Part shown: positions 39,943 through 50,130 of the stretch, piece after piece
How the letters are laid out: each line of letters starts with the position of its first letter
Numbering within the stretch: the stretch's first letter is position 1
Origin: Bacteroidota bacterium
GTDB taxonomy: Bacteria > Bacteroidota > Bacteroidia > Bacteroidales > Lentimicrobiaceae
Direction of reading: 5' to 3'
DNA: 64,000 bases
NCBI GenBank assembly: GCA_009773455.1
Contig: WSXU01000001.1
Coordinates: 117,186 to 181,185 of the forward strand
Translations under genes and position numbers: made by a program
The notes under the pieces: model-generated
Seen by the model: the letters and a program-made list of their open reading frames with translations, nothing else
Told to the model about the DNA's origin: nothing
Databases searched by the model: none

Positions 39943-40431
39943 ATGAAAAATGTTTCCACTGAAATCAAATGGGCCCTTATTTTTATCGCCATGTCACTGG
40001 TGTGGATGGTTCTTGAAAGAGTTGCCGGGCTGCACGATGTGCACATTGACAAGCATATGATTTATACCAATTTCATTGCCCTTCCTGCCATTGCAGTATA
40101 CGTTCTGGCACTGCTTGAAAAACGCCGGAAAGACTTCGGTGGGGTGATGACTTATAAGCAGGGCTTTATCAGTGGGTTGATCATCACGGCCATTGTTACG
40201 GTCTTTAGTCCGCTTACCCAGATCATTACTTCGCTTATAATTACCCCGCATTTCTTCACCAACGCGATTGCCTATGCCGTTGAGCATGGCAAAGTAACCC
40301 GTGAACAGGCTGAAAAATACTTCTCCCTCATAAGTTATATTGTACAGGGCCTGATCGGGGCACCGGTCATGGGCATCATTACCACAGCCATTGTGGCCAT
40401 TTTTACCGTTAAAAAAGCGAAGCCGGCTTAA
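39943..40431 (+). CDS. DUF4199 family membrane protein
   Basis: Four TM segments, GGVMTYKQGFISG motif. Confidence 0.8.
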   Translation: MKNVSTEIKWALIFIAMSLVWMVLERVAGLHDVHIDKHMIYTNFIALPAIAVYVLALLEKRRKDFGGVMTYKQGFISGLIITAIVTVFSPLTQIITSLIITPHFFTNAIAYAVEHGKVTREQAEKYFSLISYIVQGLIGAPVMGIITTAIVAIFTVKKAKPA

Positions 40432-40447
40432 AAGGTTCCGCAGCAGA

Positions 40448-40488
40448 AATAAAAAACCGGCCGCTTGCATTTCTGACAACCGGCCGGT
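40448..40488 (-). terminator. Intrinsic terminator for korAB
   Basis: Minus strand ACCGGCCG..CGGCCGGT stem followed by a T tract. Confidence 0.7.
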
Positions 40489-40515
40489 AAGGTCTGAGAA
40501 GAAAATTCCGGGAGC

Positions 40516-41559
40516 TTATTTAATTTCCCAGGTGTCGCCGCTGTTCAGCAGATCGTCAACATTTTTAATTTTCGCATTGGCCTTGCCATAGGCAATCTGT
40601 TCCTCAACAAGGTCATCGTAGGTAGGATAAAGGGCAGCCCTGATAACACCAAGAGCTACCGGATAATGCGGATAGGCCATCTTCGCAAGCATCAGGTGAA
40701 TGCCGGGATCCTGCTGGTAGGTATCGTGAACCAGCAGATCATCTTCCGTAATTCCATTCTCGCCCAGGGTGACCACTTCAAGCCGTGTTCCGTTAAGACG
40801 GATGCCTTTGTCCTTGTTTTTACCAAAAATCATGGGTTCGCCATTGCGCAGGAAGATCTGACGGTCGTCGCGGACATCCTTATTGGTGACCACATCGTGT
40901 GTCTTGTCGGCGAAGATGATACAGTTCTGCAGGATTTCAACAACGGAAGTTCCATCGTGCCTGGCGGCTTCAAACATTACCTCTGTCATCATCCTCGGGT
41001 TGGTATCAACCACGCGGGCAAAGAAGGTTCCCTGAGCCCCCAGTACCAGTTCTCCGGGATTGAACGGATGTTCAATGGTTCCCTGTGGGGAAGTTTTGGT
41101 CACACTGCCCATGGGCGTTGTCGGAGAATACTGTCCTTTGGTAAGACCGTAAATCTGATTGTTGAACAACATGATGTTCACATCAATGTTCCGGCGGATG
41201 ATATGGATAAAATGGTTTCCCCCGATGGCCATAGAGTCACCGTCGCCTGTAGCCATCCAAACGCTGAGATGGGGATTTGCAATCTTCACGCCTGAAGCGA
41301 TGGCAGCAGCCCGGCCGTGGATTCCATGAATACCGTAAGTATTTACATAATACGGGAACCTGGATGAGCATCCGATTCCGGAAACGAACATGAAATTCTC
41401 TTTCCGGTAACCTATCTTGGGAAAAACATTGGCAACAGCCGATAGAATGGCATGGGCACCACAACCCGGGCACCATTTTACCATCTGGTCGCTGACAAAA
41501 TCTTCCTTGGTGAGTTCTACAGAAGAACGCTCTATGGTTAAATTTGGTTGATTGATCAT
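40516..41559 (-). CDS. korB: 2-oxoacid:ferredoxin oxidoreductase beta subunit
   Basis: WCPGCG, SGIGCSSR, HGIHGRA, TGDGD, NNQIYGLTKGQYSPT; substrate specificity not determinable from sequence alone. Confidence 0.9.
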   Translation of the reverse strand: MINQPNLTIERSSVELTKEDFVSDQMVKWCPGCGAHAILSAVANVFPKIGYRKENFMFVSGIGCSSRFPYYVNTYGIHGIHGRAAAIASGVKIANPHLSVWMATGDGDSMAIGGNHFIHIIRRNIDVNIMLFNNQIYGLTKGQYSPTTPMGSVTKTSPQGTIEHPFNPGELVLGAQGTFFARVVDTNPRMMTEVMFEAARHDGTSVVEILQNCIIFADKTHDVVTNKDVRDDRQIFLRNGEPMIFGKNKDKGIRLNGTRLEVVTLGENGITEDDLLVHDTYQQDPGIHLMLAKMAYPHYPVALGVIRAALYPTYDDLVEEQIAYGKANAKIKNVDDLLNSGDTWEIK

Positions 41560-41561
41560 GA

Positions 41562-43412
41562 CTATTTCTCCTCCAAAGTTTGGTTAATGACACGGCTCAA
41601 TTCTGAAACCGTAAATGGAAGCCCCTGAACTTTATTGTACTTCTGATATTTAAACGAAGGATGGGTCATTCTGAGATAATTAACAAACTGTCCGCTGTTT
41701 AACTCGCAAACCAGGATTTTTTTGAACCCTTTTAAAACATCCTCTGTATTTTTTGGCAGCGGCATAATGTAATTGAAATGGGCATGGCTTACACTTCTGC
41801 CTTGTTTCTGAAGCTCTTCAACCGCTTCACTGACAGGCCCCAGCGTTCCACCCCAGCTTACAACCAGCAGATCGCCCTCTTTTTCACCCATGATTTCCTG
41901 TTCAGGAATGAAATCGGCCACTTTCTGCACCTTGGCCTCGCGAAGGTCAACCATTTTCTGATGGTTCAACGGGTCAGTAGATACATTGCCATATACATCC
42001 TCTTTCTCAAGACCTCCTACACGGTGACGGAGTCCTTCAGTACCGGGGATGGCCCATTTGCGCACCAGTGTTTCAGGATCGCGGCGGTAAGGCTTGTAAT
42101 CGGGATCGTTGGCCACGGCCATCGGCGGGGTTATGGATGGGAGGTCGGCAACCTTTGGGATACGGAAAAGCTGTGAACCATTGCCGAGGTATCCATCGGT
42201 GAGGAGAATAACAGGAGTCATGTGTTCCATGGCAATTTTTGCTGCCATATAAGCATAATAGAAGCAATTGGCCGAGGTGGAAGCGGCGATCACTACAACA
42301 GGACATTCCCCGTTACGGCCAAACAAAGCCTGATAAAGGTCGCTCTGTTCTGACTTGGTAGGCAATCCGGTGCTCGGTCCGCCACGTTGAACGTTTACAA
42401 TTACCAGCGGTAACTCTGTCATTACAGCCAGTCCGATGGCTTCACTTTTCAGCGAAAGACCGGGTCCGGAAGTGGTAGTTAGCGCCATTGCTCCGGTATA
42501 GCTGGCTCCTATGGCTGAACATATCCCTGCAATTTCATCTTCGGCCTGAAAAACTTTGGCACCTAGCGATTTAAACTTGGCCAGTTCAATCAGAATCTCT
42601 GTGGCCGGTGTTATCGGGTACGATCCGAGGAAAAGCGGACGGCCTGAACGTTCAGAAGCTGCAAGGAAACCCCATGCAGTAGCCACATTACCGGTTATGT
42701 TGCGGTAACGGCCCGGCTTCATAGCGGCTTTGCTTACCTGGTATACCGAATGCAGGGCTTCTACTGTATCGGCATAGCTGTATCCGGCTTCAAGCACAGT
42801 CTTGTTGGCTTCGATAATCTCGGGTTTACTTTTGAATTTTTTATTGAAAAAATCGTAGGTTGCATCAAAACTCCAGCTGAACAGGTGGTACATAATACCC
42901 AGCGCAAACATGTTCTTACTTTTGTCAACCGTCTTGGTATCGAGCCCCATCGGCTTTAGGCTGGCCCTGGTCAGGGTGGTGATGGGTGCTTTGACAAGGT
43001 TAAAATTGGCGAGGCTGCCATCTTCGAGCGGATCAGAAGCATAGCCGGCTTTCTTCACTGCAGCTTCCTCAAAGGTATCAAGGTCAACGATAATGGTGGC
43101 TCCCGGCTTGGCCCACTTCAGGTTCGACTTAAGAGAGGCCGGGTTCATGGCCACCAGCACATCACAAAGATCACCGGTGGTTTCTATTTTTTTTGCACCG
43201 ACATGAACCTGAAAGCCTGATACACCGGCAACAGTATTGTGCGGGGCACGGATTTCAGCAGGATAATCGGGAAAAGTGGCCAGGTCAAGACCTGCCAAAG
43301 CTGCAGTATCGGAAAACAGAGTTCCGGTCAGCTGCATTCCATCGCCGGAGTCGCCGACAAACTTGACGACCACCGCTTCCCTCTGGATGACATTACTTTT
43401 AGTTTTTACCAT
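41562..43412 (-). CDS. korA: 2-oxoacid:acceptor oxidoreductase alpha subunit (fused gamma-alpha)
   Basis: GDSGDGMQLTG, YPAEIRAP, SYPITPAT, QAEDEIAG, TSGPGLSLK, VQRGGPSTG. Confidence 0.92.
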   Translation of the reverse strand: MVKTKSNVIQREAVVVKFVGDSGDGMQLTGTLFSDTAALAGLDLATFPDYPAEIRAPHNTVAGVSGFQVHVGAKKIETTGDLCDVLVAMNPASLKSNLKWAKPGATIIVDLDTFEEAAVKKAGYASDPLEDGSLANFNLVKAPITTLTRASLKPMGLDTKTVDKSKNMFALGIMYHLFSWSFDATYDFFNKKFKSKPEIIEANKTVLEAGYSYADTVEALHSVYQVSKAAMKPGRYRNITGNVATAWGFLAASERSGRPLFLGSYPITPATEILIELAKFKSLGAKVFQAEDEIAGICSAIGASYTGAMALTTTSGPGLSLKSEAIGLAVMTELPLVIVNVQRGGPSTGLPTKSEQSDLYQALFGRNGECPVVVIAASTSANCFYYAYMAAKIAMEHMTPVILLTDGYLGNGSQLFRIPKVADLPSITPPMAVANDPDYKPYRRDPETLVRKWAIPGTEGLRHRVGGLEKEDVYGNVSTDPLNHQKMVDLREAKVQKVADFIPEQEIMGEKEGDLLVVSWGGTLGPVSEAVEELQKQGRSVSHAHFNYIMPLPKNTEDVLKGFKKILVCELNSGQFVNYLRMTHPSFKYQKYNKVQGLPFTVSELSRVINQTLEEK

Positions 43413-43443
43413 GATAATTAGGAGGTTGATTTACTACAGTCGG

Positions 43444-43472
43444 CAAAGTTAATTTTTTTAAGCACTACCAAA
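43444..43472 (-). promoter_or_regulatory. Probable korAB promoter
   Basis: Minus strand TAACTTTG (43451-43444) with TTTG 17 nt upstream. Confidence 0.55.
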
Positions 43473-43692
43473 AACAAGCAATTGCATAAAAATTTGTCAT
43501 GAAGTGCAATCGATTGCTGTATATAGTTCAGGGGCAATCATTTCATTGATTTTAAGCGTTATAACACCTTTTGTTAAATAACTCTTATTTAGACAGTTTA
43601 AAAAATAGTGAGCAGACCGGATATTTGAAAGAATAAGGCATATATTTGCACCGGATAGATCAATTCCAAATCATTAACTAAACAATATAGCC

Positions 43693-43860
43693 ATGGCTTA
43701 CGTAATTTCAGATGACTGCACTGCTTGCGGCACCTGCATTGATGAATGTCCCGTTGACGCTATTTCTGAAGGTGATATCTATAAGATTGATCCGGATGTT
43801 TGCACCGACTGTGGTTCATGCGCCGATGTTTGCCCTGTAGAAGCAATTCATCCTGCATAA
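43693..43860 (+). CDS. 2[4Fe-4S] ferredoxin (55 aa; below the ORF-track cutoff)
   Basis: MAYVISDDCTACGTCIDECPVDAISEGDIYKIDPDVCTDCGSCADVCPVEAIHPA: two CxxCxxCxxxCP motifs; TATATTTG box at 43641-43648. Confidence 0.95.
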   Translation: MAYVISDDCTACGTCIDECPVDAISEGDIYKIDPDVCTDCGSCADVCPVEAIHPA

Positions 43861-43884
43861 GCAGTTTTGCTTAAACTGATTCTG

Positions 43885-43913
43885 AAGCTCCGCCAAAGGC
43901 GGGGCTTTTTTTT
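43885..43913 (+). terminator. Intrinsic terminator after ferredoxin
   Basis: AAGCTCCGCC-AAA-GGCGGGGCTT plus T tract. Confidence 0.85.
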
Positions 43914-44100
43914 ATTGTTTCATGACAGTATTAGGAAGTTTTCAGATCTCAAAACCATCTTTTAATTTTATTCAGATTTAATAGTTTCATAGATTTAGTG
44001 GTGCTTAGTGTCTTAGCGCCTTAGTGGCAAAAAATAACAGCGCATCTTTATTAAACTACCCCAGAAACATTATTATTTCCTGATTGTTTGTAGTGCAGGT

Positions 44101-44131
44101 TTTGACAGACCTTCCTTTTCAACTATATTTG
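44101..44131 (+). promoter_or_regulatory. Canonical Bacteroidota promoter for sucAB
   Basis: TTTG (44101-44104)-N19-TATATTTG (44124-44131). Confidence 0.75.
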
Positions 44132-44162
44132 CATAAACTGCGCTTCAACCAATCAATCTAAA

Positions 44163-46958
44163 ATGGATAAATTCTCCTACCTGTCGAACGCGGAGAGCGA
44201 TTTTATCGAACAGCAATACAATCAATACCTTCGTGACCCGGCTTCTGTTGATCAGGGGTGGCAGAAATTTTTCGAAGGCTTTGAATTTGCTCGTAAAAAC
44301 TTTGACCCGAAGTCCGAACAACTCACCGTTCCCGCGGAGTTCAAGGTAATCAACCTGATCAATGCCTACCGGCAGCGCGGTCATCTATTCACCCTGACCA
44401 ACCCCGTCCGTACAAGGAGAAAATACAGCCCTACCCTTGACATTGAAAACTTCGGCCTTACCAAAGAGGACCTGAACAAGGAATTTCAGGCCGGCAGTGA
44501 GATCGGCATCGGACCGGCTCCCCTGTCAAAAATCATCGGCCACCTTCAGCAAACCTACTGCCAGTCTATCGGCGTCGAATTTGCCTATATCCGAAATGAA
44601 GCAATCTACCACTGGCTACGCAACCGTATGGAATCGCACCGCAACGAACCACGTTACGGAAAGGCCTTCAAAATGTCGATCCTGCGCAAACTGAGCGAGT
44701 CGGTTTTCTTTGAAAAATTCCTGCACAAACGATTCCCGGGTCAGAAGCGTTTCTCCCTCGAAGGAGGCGAATCACTGATCCCTGCACTTGATGCCATCAT
44801 CGAAAAGGGAGCGGCCCTCGGGGCGGAAGAGTTCCTGATCGGGATGCCCCACCGCGGCAGGCTCAATGTGCTGGCCAACATCATGGGCAAACCCTACAAG
44901 GATATTTTCAACGAATTCTCCAACAAGGTCTTTGACGACGAATTTGTACTGGGCGATGTAAAATATCATCTCGGAGCCACCTTTCAGCGGCCAACCTATG
45001 CCGGTAAACCGGTGAACCTTACCCTGGCTCCCAATCCCTCGCACCTCGAAACCGTAGGCCCTGTGGTCCAGGGGATTACCCGTGCAAAAATCGACCAGAT
45101 TTACAAAAACGATACCGACAAGGTAGTTCCGATCCTGATCCATGGTGATGCCTCCATTGCCGGACAGGGTGTGGTGTACGAACTGGTGCAGATGTCGGAA
45201 CTCGAAGGATACCGTACCGGAGGAACCATCCACCTGGTAGTCAACAACCAGATCGGCTTCACCACCAATTACCTCGATTCACGCTCCAGTGTTTATTGTA
45301 CCGATGTGGCAAAGACCATACAGTCGCCCATTTTTCACGTGAATGCCGATGATGCCGAAGCTGTTGTCTACGCCATTGAACTGGCCATGGAGTACCGTGA
45401 GAAATTTGATAAAGACGTGTTTATCGACCTGTTGGGTTACCGGCGCTACGGTCACAACGAAGGCGACGAACCCCGGTTTACACAACCCATCCTGTACAAA
45501 GCCATCGAAAACCATCCCGATGTCAGGCAGCTTTATGTTGATAAACTGCTGAACGAAGGGTTGATAACAAAGGAAGATGCCGATAAGGTTGAAAATGAGG
45601 TCGCAGCCATCCTCGAAGAGCACCTGGCTGCTTCAAACCTCTCGGAAAAAGCAAAAGTAACGCCATTCCTCGGGCCTACCTGGAGCAACATCCGGGTGGC
45701 GGTAAGCTCCGATTTTGAACGTTCACCCGATACCGGAGTAAGCCAGAGCATCCTGAATGAGATCGGTGCTAAAATCACCCAATTGCCTGCCGATAAGGCA
45801 TTCAACCGGAAGCTGATCAGGCTGATGCAGGACCGTAGGGCCATGCTGGAGCCGGGAGGAAAACTCGACTGGGCCATGGGCGAGTTGCTTGCCTACGGAA
45901 CCTTGCTGAATGAAGGCATTCCTGTGAGACTCAGCGGGCAGGATTCGCAGCGCGGAACCTTCTCGCACCGTCATGCCGTGCTCACCATTGAAGATTCCGA
46001 AGAAAAATATACCCCTTTGAAGAACCTCGGCCCCGGCCAGGCTGCCTTCAATGTGTACAATTCACCCCTGTCGGAATATGGCGTACTGGGGTTCGACTAC
46101 GGTTATTCCCTCGCCTCACCCGAATCGTTGACCATCTGGGAAGCCCAGTTCGGCGATTTCTTCAACGGCGCCCAGATCATCATCGACCAGTACCTCAGCA
46201 GTGCCGAAGACAAATGGCGGGTCATGAGCAATCTGGTGTTGTTTCTGCCCCACGGTTATGAAGGTCAGGGCCCGGAGCACTCCAGCGGACGAATCGAACG
46301 CTTTCTGTCACTGTGTGCCGACAACAACATGCAGGTGGTCAACTGTACCACCCCGGCCAACTTCTTCCACCTTCTGCGGCGGCAGCTGAAACGGCCTTTC
46401 CGCAAACCACTGGTGGTGTTTACCCCAAAAAGCCTCCTCCGGCATCCTTCCTGTGTATCACCGCTTGAAGAGCTGAGCCGTGGCGGTTTCCGCGAAGTGA
46501 TCGACGATGACCAGGTGGATCCCGAAAAGGTAAACCGCGTGATTTTCACCAGCGGAAAACTATATTATGAACTGCTTGAAGAACGGACCAAACGCGGTAC
46601 CGGTGAAGCCATCGTACGCATCGAGCAGCTTTATCCCTTCCCGAAAGAACAGGTAAAAGCCTTACTGGCCCGTTACCCGAATGCCAACCGTCATGCCTGG
46701 GTACAGGAAGAGCCGGCCAACATGGGTTCCTGGTCATTTATCCTGCGTAATTTCAAGGAAACCGATATCCTGCTGGTGGCACGCCCCGAAAGCGGCAGCC
46801 CGGCGACGGGTTCAAGCAAGCTGCACGCCATAAGGCAGCGTAAAATCGTAGAAAAAGCCTTTGGTGAATGCACCTGTCCGAATGCCAATCTTGTATGTAA
46901 AATGGTCTGCGCCCCGCATGAGTGGTCATATATCGCAGAACCCGTCAAAACCGAATAA
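44163..46958 (+). CDS. sucA: 2-oxoglutarate dehydrogenase E1
   Basis: [68 protein letters not shown]. Confidence 0.96.
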   Translation: MDKFSYLSNAESDFIEQQYNQYLRDPASVDQGWQKFFEGFEFARKNFDPKSEQLTVPAEFKVINLINAYRQRGHLFTLTNPVRTRRKYSPTLDIENFGLTKEDLNKEFQAGSEIGIGPAPLSKIIGHLQQTYCQSIGVEFAYIRNEAIYHWLRNRMESHRNEPRYGKAFKMSILRKLSESVFFEKFLHKRFPGQKRFSLEGGESLIPALDAIIEKGAALGAEEFLIGMPHRGRLNVLANIMGKPYKDIFNEFSNKVFDDEFVLGDVKYHLGATFQRPTYAGKPVNLTLAPNPSHLETVGPVVQGITRAKIDQIYKNDTDKVVPILIHGDASIAGQGVVYELVQMSELEGYRTGGTIHLVVNNQIGFTTNYLDSRSSVYCTDVAKTIQSPIFHVNADDAEAVVYAIELAMEYREKFDKDVFIDLLGYRRYGHNEGDEPRFTQPILYKAIENHPDVRQLYVDKLLNEGLITKEDADKVENEVAAILEEHLAASNLSEKAKVTPFLGPTWSNIRVAVSSDFERSPDTGVSQSILNEIGAKITQLPADKAFNRKLIRLMQDRRAMLEPGGKLDWAMGELLAYGTLLNEGIPVRLSGQDSQRGTFSHRHAVLTIEDSEEKYTPLKNLGPGQAAFNVYNSPLSEYGVLGFDYGYSLASPESLTIWEAQFGDFFNGAQIIIDQYLSSAEDKWRVMSNLVLFLPHGYEGQGPEHSSGRIERFLSLCADNNMQVVNCTTPANFFHLLRRQLKRPFRKPLVVFTPKSLLRHPSCVSPLEELSRGGFREVIDDDQVDPEKVNRVIFTSGKLYYELLEERTKRGTGEAIVRIEQLYPFPKEQVKALLARYPNANRHAWVQEEPANMGSWSFILRNFKETDILLVARPESGSPATGSSKLHAIRQRKIVEKAFGECTCPNANLVCKMVCAPHEWSYIAEPVKTE

Positions 46959-46969
46959 AACAGTCTCCG

Positions 46970-48244
46970 ATGATCATCGAAGTTAAAGTACCCAGCCCTG
47001 GCGAATCCATTTCTGAAGTGCAACTGGCCAGCTGGCTCGTCAGTGATGGCGATTTTGTGGAAAAAGATGCCGAGATAGCCGAGATTGACTCGGACAAGGC
47101 AACCCTAACCATCAACGCAGCGGCGGATGGCATCATAAAAATCCTGGTCGAAGCCGGCGAAACCATCAAAGTCGGCGCTGTGGTTGCAAACATCGATGCA
47201 TCGGCTGCAAAGCCCGCCAAAAAGGATCAGCCGGCCAAAGCACCGCTTAAGGAAAAGGCTGCCACTGTTGCCCCACCAGTTCCACCAATGGCTGAAAAAA
47301 AACCTGTTGAATCAAAACCGGGACCTGTGGAAGAAGCCGCACTTCACATCTCGCCCCTGGCCCGGAAACTGATGCAGGAGAAAAACATTACGACCGACGA
47401 TATCATCACCTACTTCTCGAACCTGCGCATCAGCAAAGCCGATGTGGAAGAGGTGGCCGCCGGCAAAGGCACGGCTGCTCCCCGTCTGCAGATACCTGCA
47501 TCAAAGGAAACCACGCGGAATACCGAACGCAAAAAGATGACCACCCTGCGGACAAAACTGGCGCAGCGCCTGGTAGCCGTAAAGAACGAGACCGCCATGC
47601 TCACCACCTTCAACGAGGTGAACATGAGCCGCATCATGGAGGTAAGAAAAAAATACAACGACAAATTTAAGGAGAAGTATGCTGTTTCGCTCGGATTTAT
47701 GTCGCTGTTCACCAAGGCCGTTACCATTGCCCTGCAGCAGTTTCCTCAGGTCAATGCCATGATCGACGGCGACGAGATGGTTTACCACGACTATGCTGAT
47801 GTGGGCATAGCGGTCAGTGCTCCGAAAGGGCTGGTGGTACCCGTGGTGCGGAATGCCGAAAGCCTCAGCCTGGCACAGCTCGAACTGGCCATCAAGGAGC
47901 TGGCCATAAAAGCCCGCGACAATAAAATTACCCTGGAGGATATGACCGGTGGTACCTTTACCATCACCAACGGCGGTGTGTTCGGTTCCATGATGTCAAC
48001 CCCCATCCTCAATCCGCCACAGAGCGCCATCCTGGGCATGCACAACATCATTGAAAGACCCATTGCCGTAAACGGACAGGTCGTCATCGCCCCGATGATG
48101 TATGTGGCCCTCTCCTACGATCACAGGGTCATCGACGGGCGTGAGTCGGTCGGTTTCCTGGTTAAAGTAAAAGAGCTGCTCGAAAACCCGGAAAGAATGC
48201 TGTTTGACGGGTTGGATCCGGTGCAGGCGTTGCTTGAGGTTTAG
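46970..48244 (+). CDS. sucB: Dihydrolipoyllysine succinyltransferase E2
   Basis: Lipoyl [37 protein letters not shown]; start 46970 (MIIEVKVP). Confidence 0.95.
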   Translation: MIIEVKVPSPGESISEVQLASWLVSDGDFVEKDAEIAEIDSDKATLTINAAADGIIKILVEAGETIKVGAVVANIDASAAKPAKKDQPAKAPLKEKAATVAPPVPPMAEKKPVESKPGPVEEAALHISPLARKLMQEKNITTDDIITYFSNLRISKADVEEVAAGKGTAAPRLQIPASKETTRNTERKKMTTLRTKLAQRLVAVKNETAMLTTFNEVNMSRIMEVRKKYNDKFKEKYAVSLGFMSLFTKAVTIALQQFPQVNAMIDGDEMVYHDYADVGIAVSAPKGLVVPVVRNAESLSLAQLELAIKELAIKARDNKITLEDMTGGTFTITNGGVFGSMMSTPILNPPQSAILGMHNIIERPIAVNGQVVIAPMMYVALSYDHRVIDGRESVGFLVKVKELLENPERMLFDGLDPVQALLEV

Positions 48245-48416
48245 GGTTGGACGTTCGGGGTTAGAAGTTGGGCGTTGGACGTTAAATGTTGTTCAATCGC
48301 TTCGCGGTTCAATAACCTTCGGCTGTTCAATCGTTTAATACGCTCTGGCGTTCAATTGGTTGTATCGCTGCGCAGTTCAGAAAGTTCAATTGCTTCGCGG
48401 CTCAATCGCCTTCGGA
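48239..48416. repeat. Intergenic heptamer run (GTTNNNN x7) followed by GTTCAAT units separated by mini-hairpins
   Basis: GTTTAGG GTTGGAC GTTCGGG GTTAGAA GTTGGGC GTTGGAC GTTAAAT; GTTCAAT at 48291, 48307, 48325, 48350, 48384 and GCTCAAT at 48400. Confidence 0.7.
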
Positions 48417-48522
48417 TGCCTGCCTGCCAGCTTGCATGTTGTATTCAGGAAGGATTGATCAAACCAGCGTTTAAAACCTTCAAACAGGGAATGAAATTCT
48501 ATCTGCCAGATGCGACAGAGGG

Positions 48523-49725
48523 TCACATTTTCTCAAATTTTACAACTTCCGAACCCTGGGACTGAATAGTCTTTAAAAAGTAAATTCCCCGGGGAAGTTT
48601 TTGCAAGTCAATACCTGATTTCCTCTTGAGCAAATCCTGTTGCAGTATCAGCTTTCCTGATATGCTATATATCTGAATGTTTGATTTCCCCTGTGGCAAA
48701 TAACTTAATTCTACCATTAATACATCAGTAACAGGATTTGGATAGATTTTAACAGGTTTACTCCTTACATCCGGCCCGGAAACTGTCAATCCGCCATTGG
48801 TTGTTTTTAAAATGATTCCGGATCTGCCAGCCACATAACCGGTAATGGAATCGGTAAAGAATATTGATGTTAAAGCTGAATTCACCCCGGAATTTAAACT
48901 TGTCCAATGATCACCTGCGTCCGTAGTTTTTAAAATACTTCCATCCAATGCTGTAATGTAGCCAATATTGTTATCCGTAAAAAAAACGCATGACAACCAT
49001 TTGCCAAGATTTAGCAGGGTACTTGTCCTTGTAACACCTCCGTCAACAATTTTAGCGAAAAAAGTGAAAGTGTTGCCCTGAGCCCATCCACCCCCGGCAA
49101 AATATCCTGTATTGTGATCGGTAAAAAAGATGCTTTCCATGCTACCGTATGAAATATTTGGAATCAGCACGTCCCAGTTAACCCCTCCATCCATACTTTT
49201 CATGGTCAGGAAATCTGATCCTCCCATGTACAAAGTTTGAGCGTCAGTAGCCCAAAAGCTATCCACACCAAAACAACCAAATCCGGCTTGTTTAATCCAG
49301 GTTTCGCCATTGTCGGTAGTTTTCAGGATTCTTCCGGTTCCGGCAACAAACCCGGTATCGGGTCCGATAAAAAAAACAGAAGACAGCCCTGAATTTAATA
49401 CAGTATCCTGGATAACCCAATGCTCGCCTCCATCGGTAGTTTTTAACAATTCCCGATAACTCACCGCAAAACCTGTCTGCGGGTCTGTAAAATAAACAGA
49501 GTTCAAACCATTCGTAACTCCGGATGATTTCAGTGTCCAGATTTCACCTCCGTCTGTTGTTTTAAGAATGGTTCCCTCTGAGCCAACCGCCCAACCAAGA
49601 TCCGGATTGATAAAAAAGACTGAACTCAGATCAGCATTTGTATTGGTCTGCTGCTGAATCCAGTCCTGAGAATAAGCATTCAGTAACAGGATGATTCCGA
49701 TTGCTGTAAAAAAAAGCCTTTTCAT
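48523..49725 (-). CDS. YCF48-related/BNR-repeat beta-propeller protein with T9SS CTD
   Basis: Repeats of SVFF..G(W/F)AVG..ILKTTDGGxxW; IYPNPV..LPRGIYFL; signal peptide from 49725. Confidence 0.88.
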   Translation of the reverse strand: MKRLFFTAIGIILLLNAYSQDWIQQQTNTNADLSSVFFINPDLGWAVGSEGTILKTTDGGEIWTLKSSGVTNGLNSVYFTDPQTGFAVSYRELLKTTDGGEHWVIQDTVLNSGLSSVFFIGPDTGFVAGTGRILKTTDNGETWIKQAGFGCFGVDSFWATDAQTLYMGGSDFLTMKSMDGGVNWDVLIPNISYGSMESIFFTDHNTGYFAGGGWAQGNTFTFFAKIVDGGVTRTSTLLNLGKWLSCVFFTDNNIGYITALDGSILKTTDAGDHWTSLNSGVNSALTSIFFTDSITGYVAGRSGIILKTTNGGLTVSGPDVRSKPVKIYPNPVTDVLMVELSYLPQGKSNIQIYSISGKLILQQDLLKRKSGIDLQKLPRGIYFLKTIQSQGSEVVKFEKM

Positions 49726-50130
49726 CGTTGCCAAAAGTTAAAAAGATGAATAAAAAACTTAATCGAATAGTGTTTATATAATTCAGAATCAATGAGTAAA
49801 AAATTCAATTTAAATATAACTGATTTATATAGTTTGTGTAAATTATAATCAAGAGATTCTTATATAAGACAATCAAAATTCATTTTACCCCTAATCTGAT
49901 CCTAAAAAACAAAATTGAACACTCTCTGGCTATTGAGATAAAAAATACAGTTTAGATGAAATGCCAAATGTTAAAATCGTAATTGTTTAATAAGTACTTC
50001 ACAACCCTGAAAGGGCCATGAGATAAAGTTTACACCGAACATGATTCAGTCCCCGATTCAGCTATCACTGAAAATCGTGCAGGATGACCGTATTATATAT
50101 TAATTTTGAAGTCTGAAAAATACGCATCAA

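Noticed and set aside
48275-48565. 96-aa ORF after sucB
   Set aside because: Translation of the GTTCAAT array, GTG start, and it overlaps the convergent gene end.
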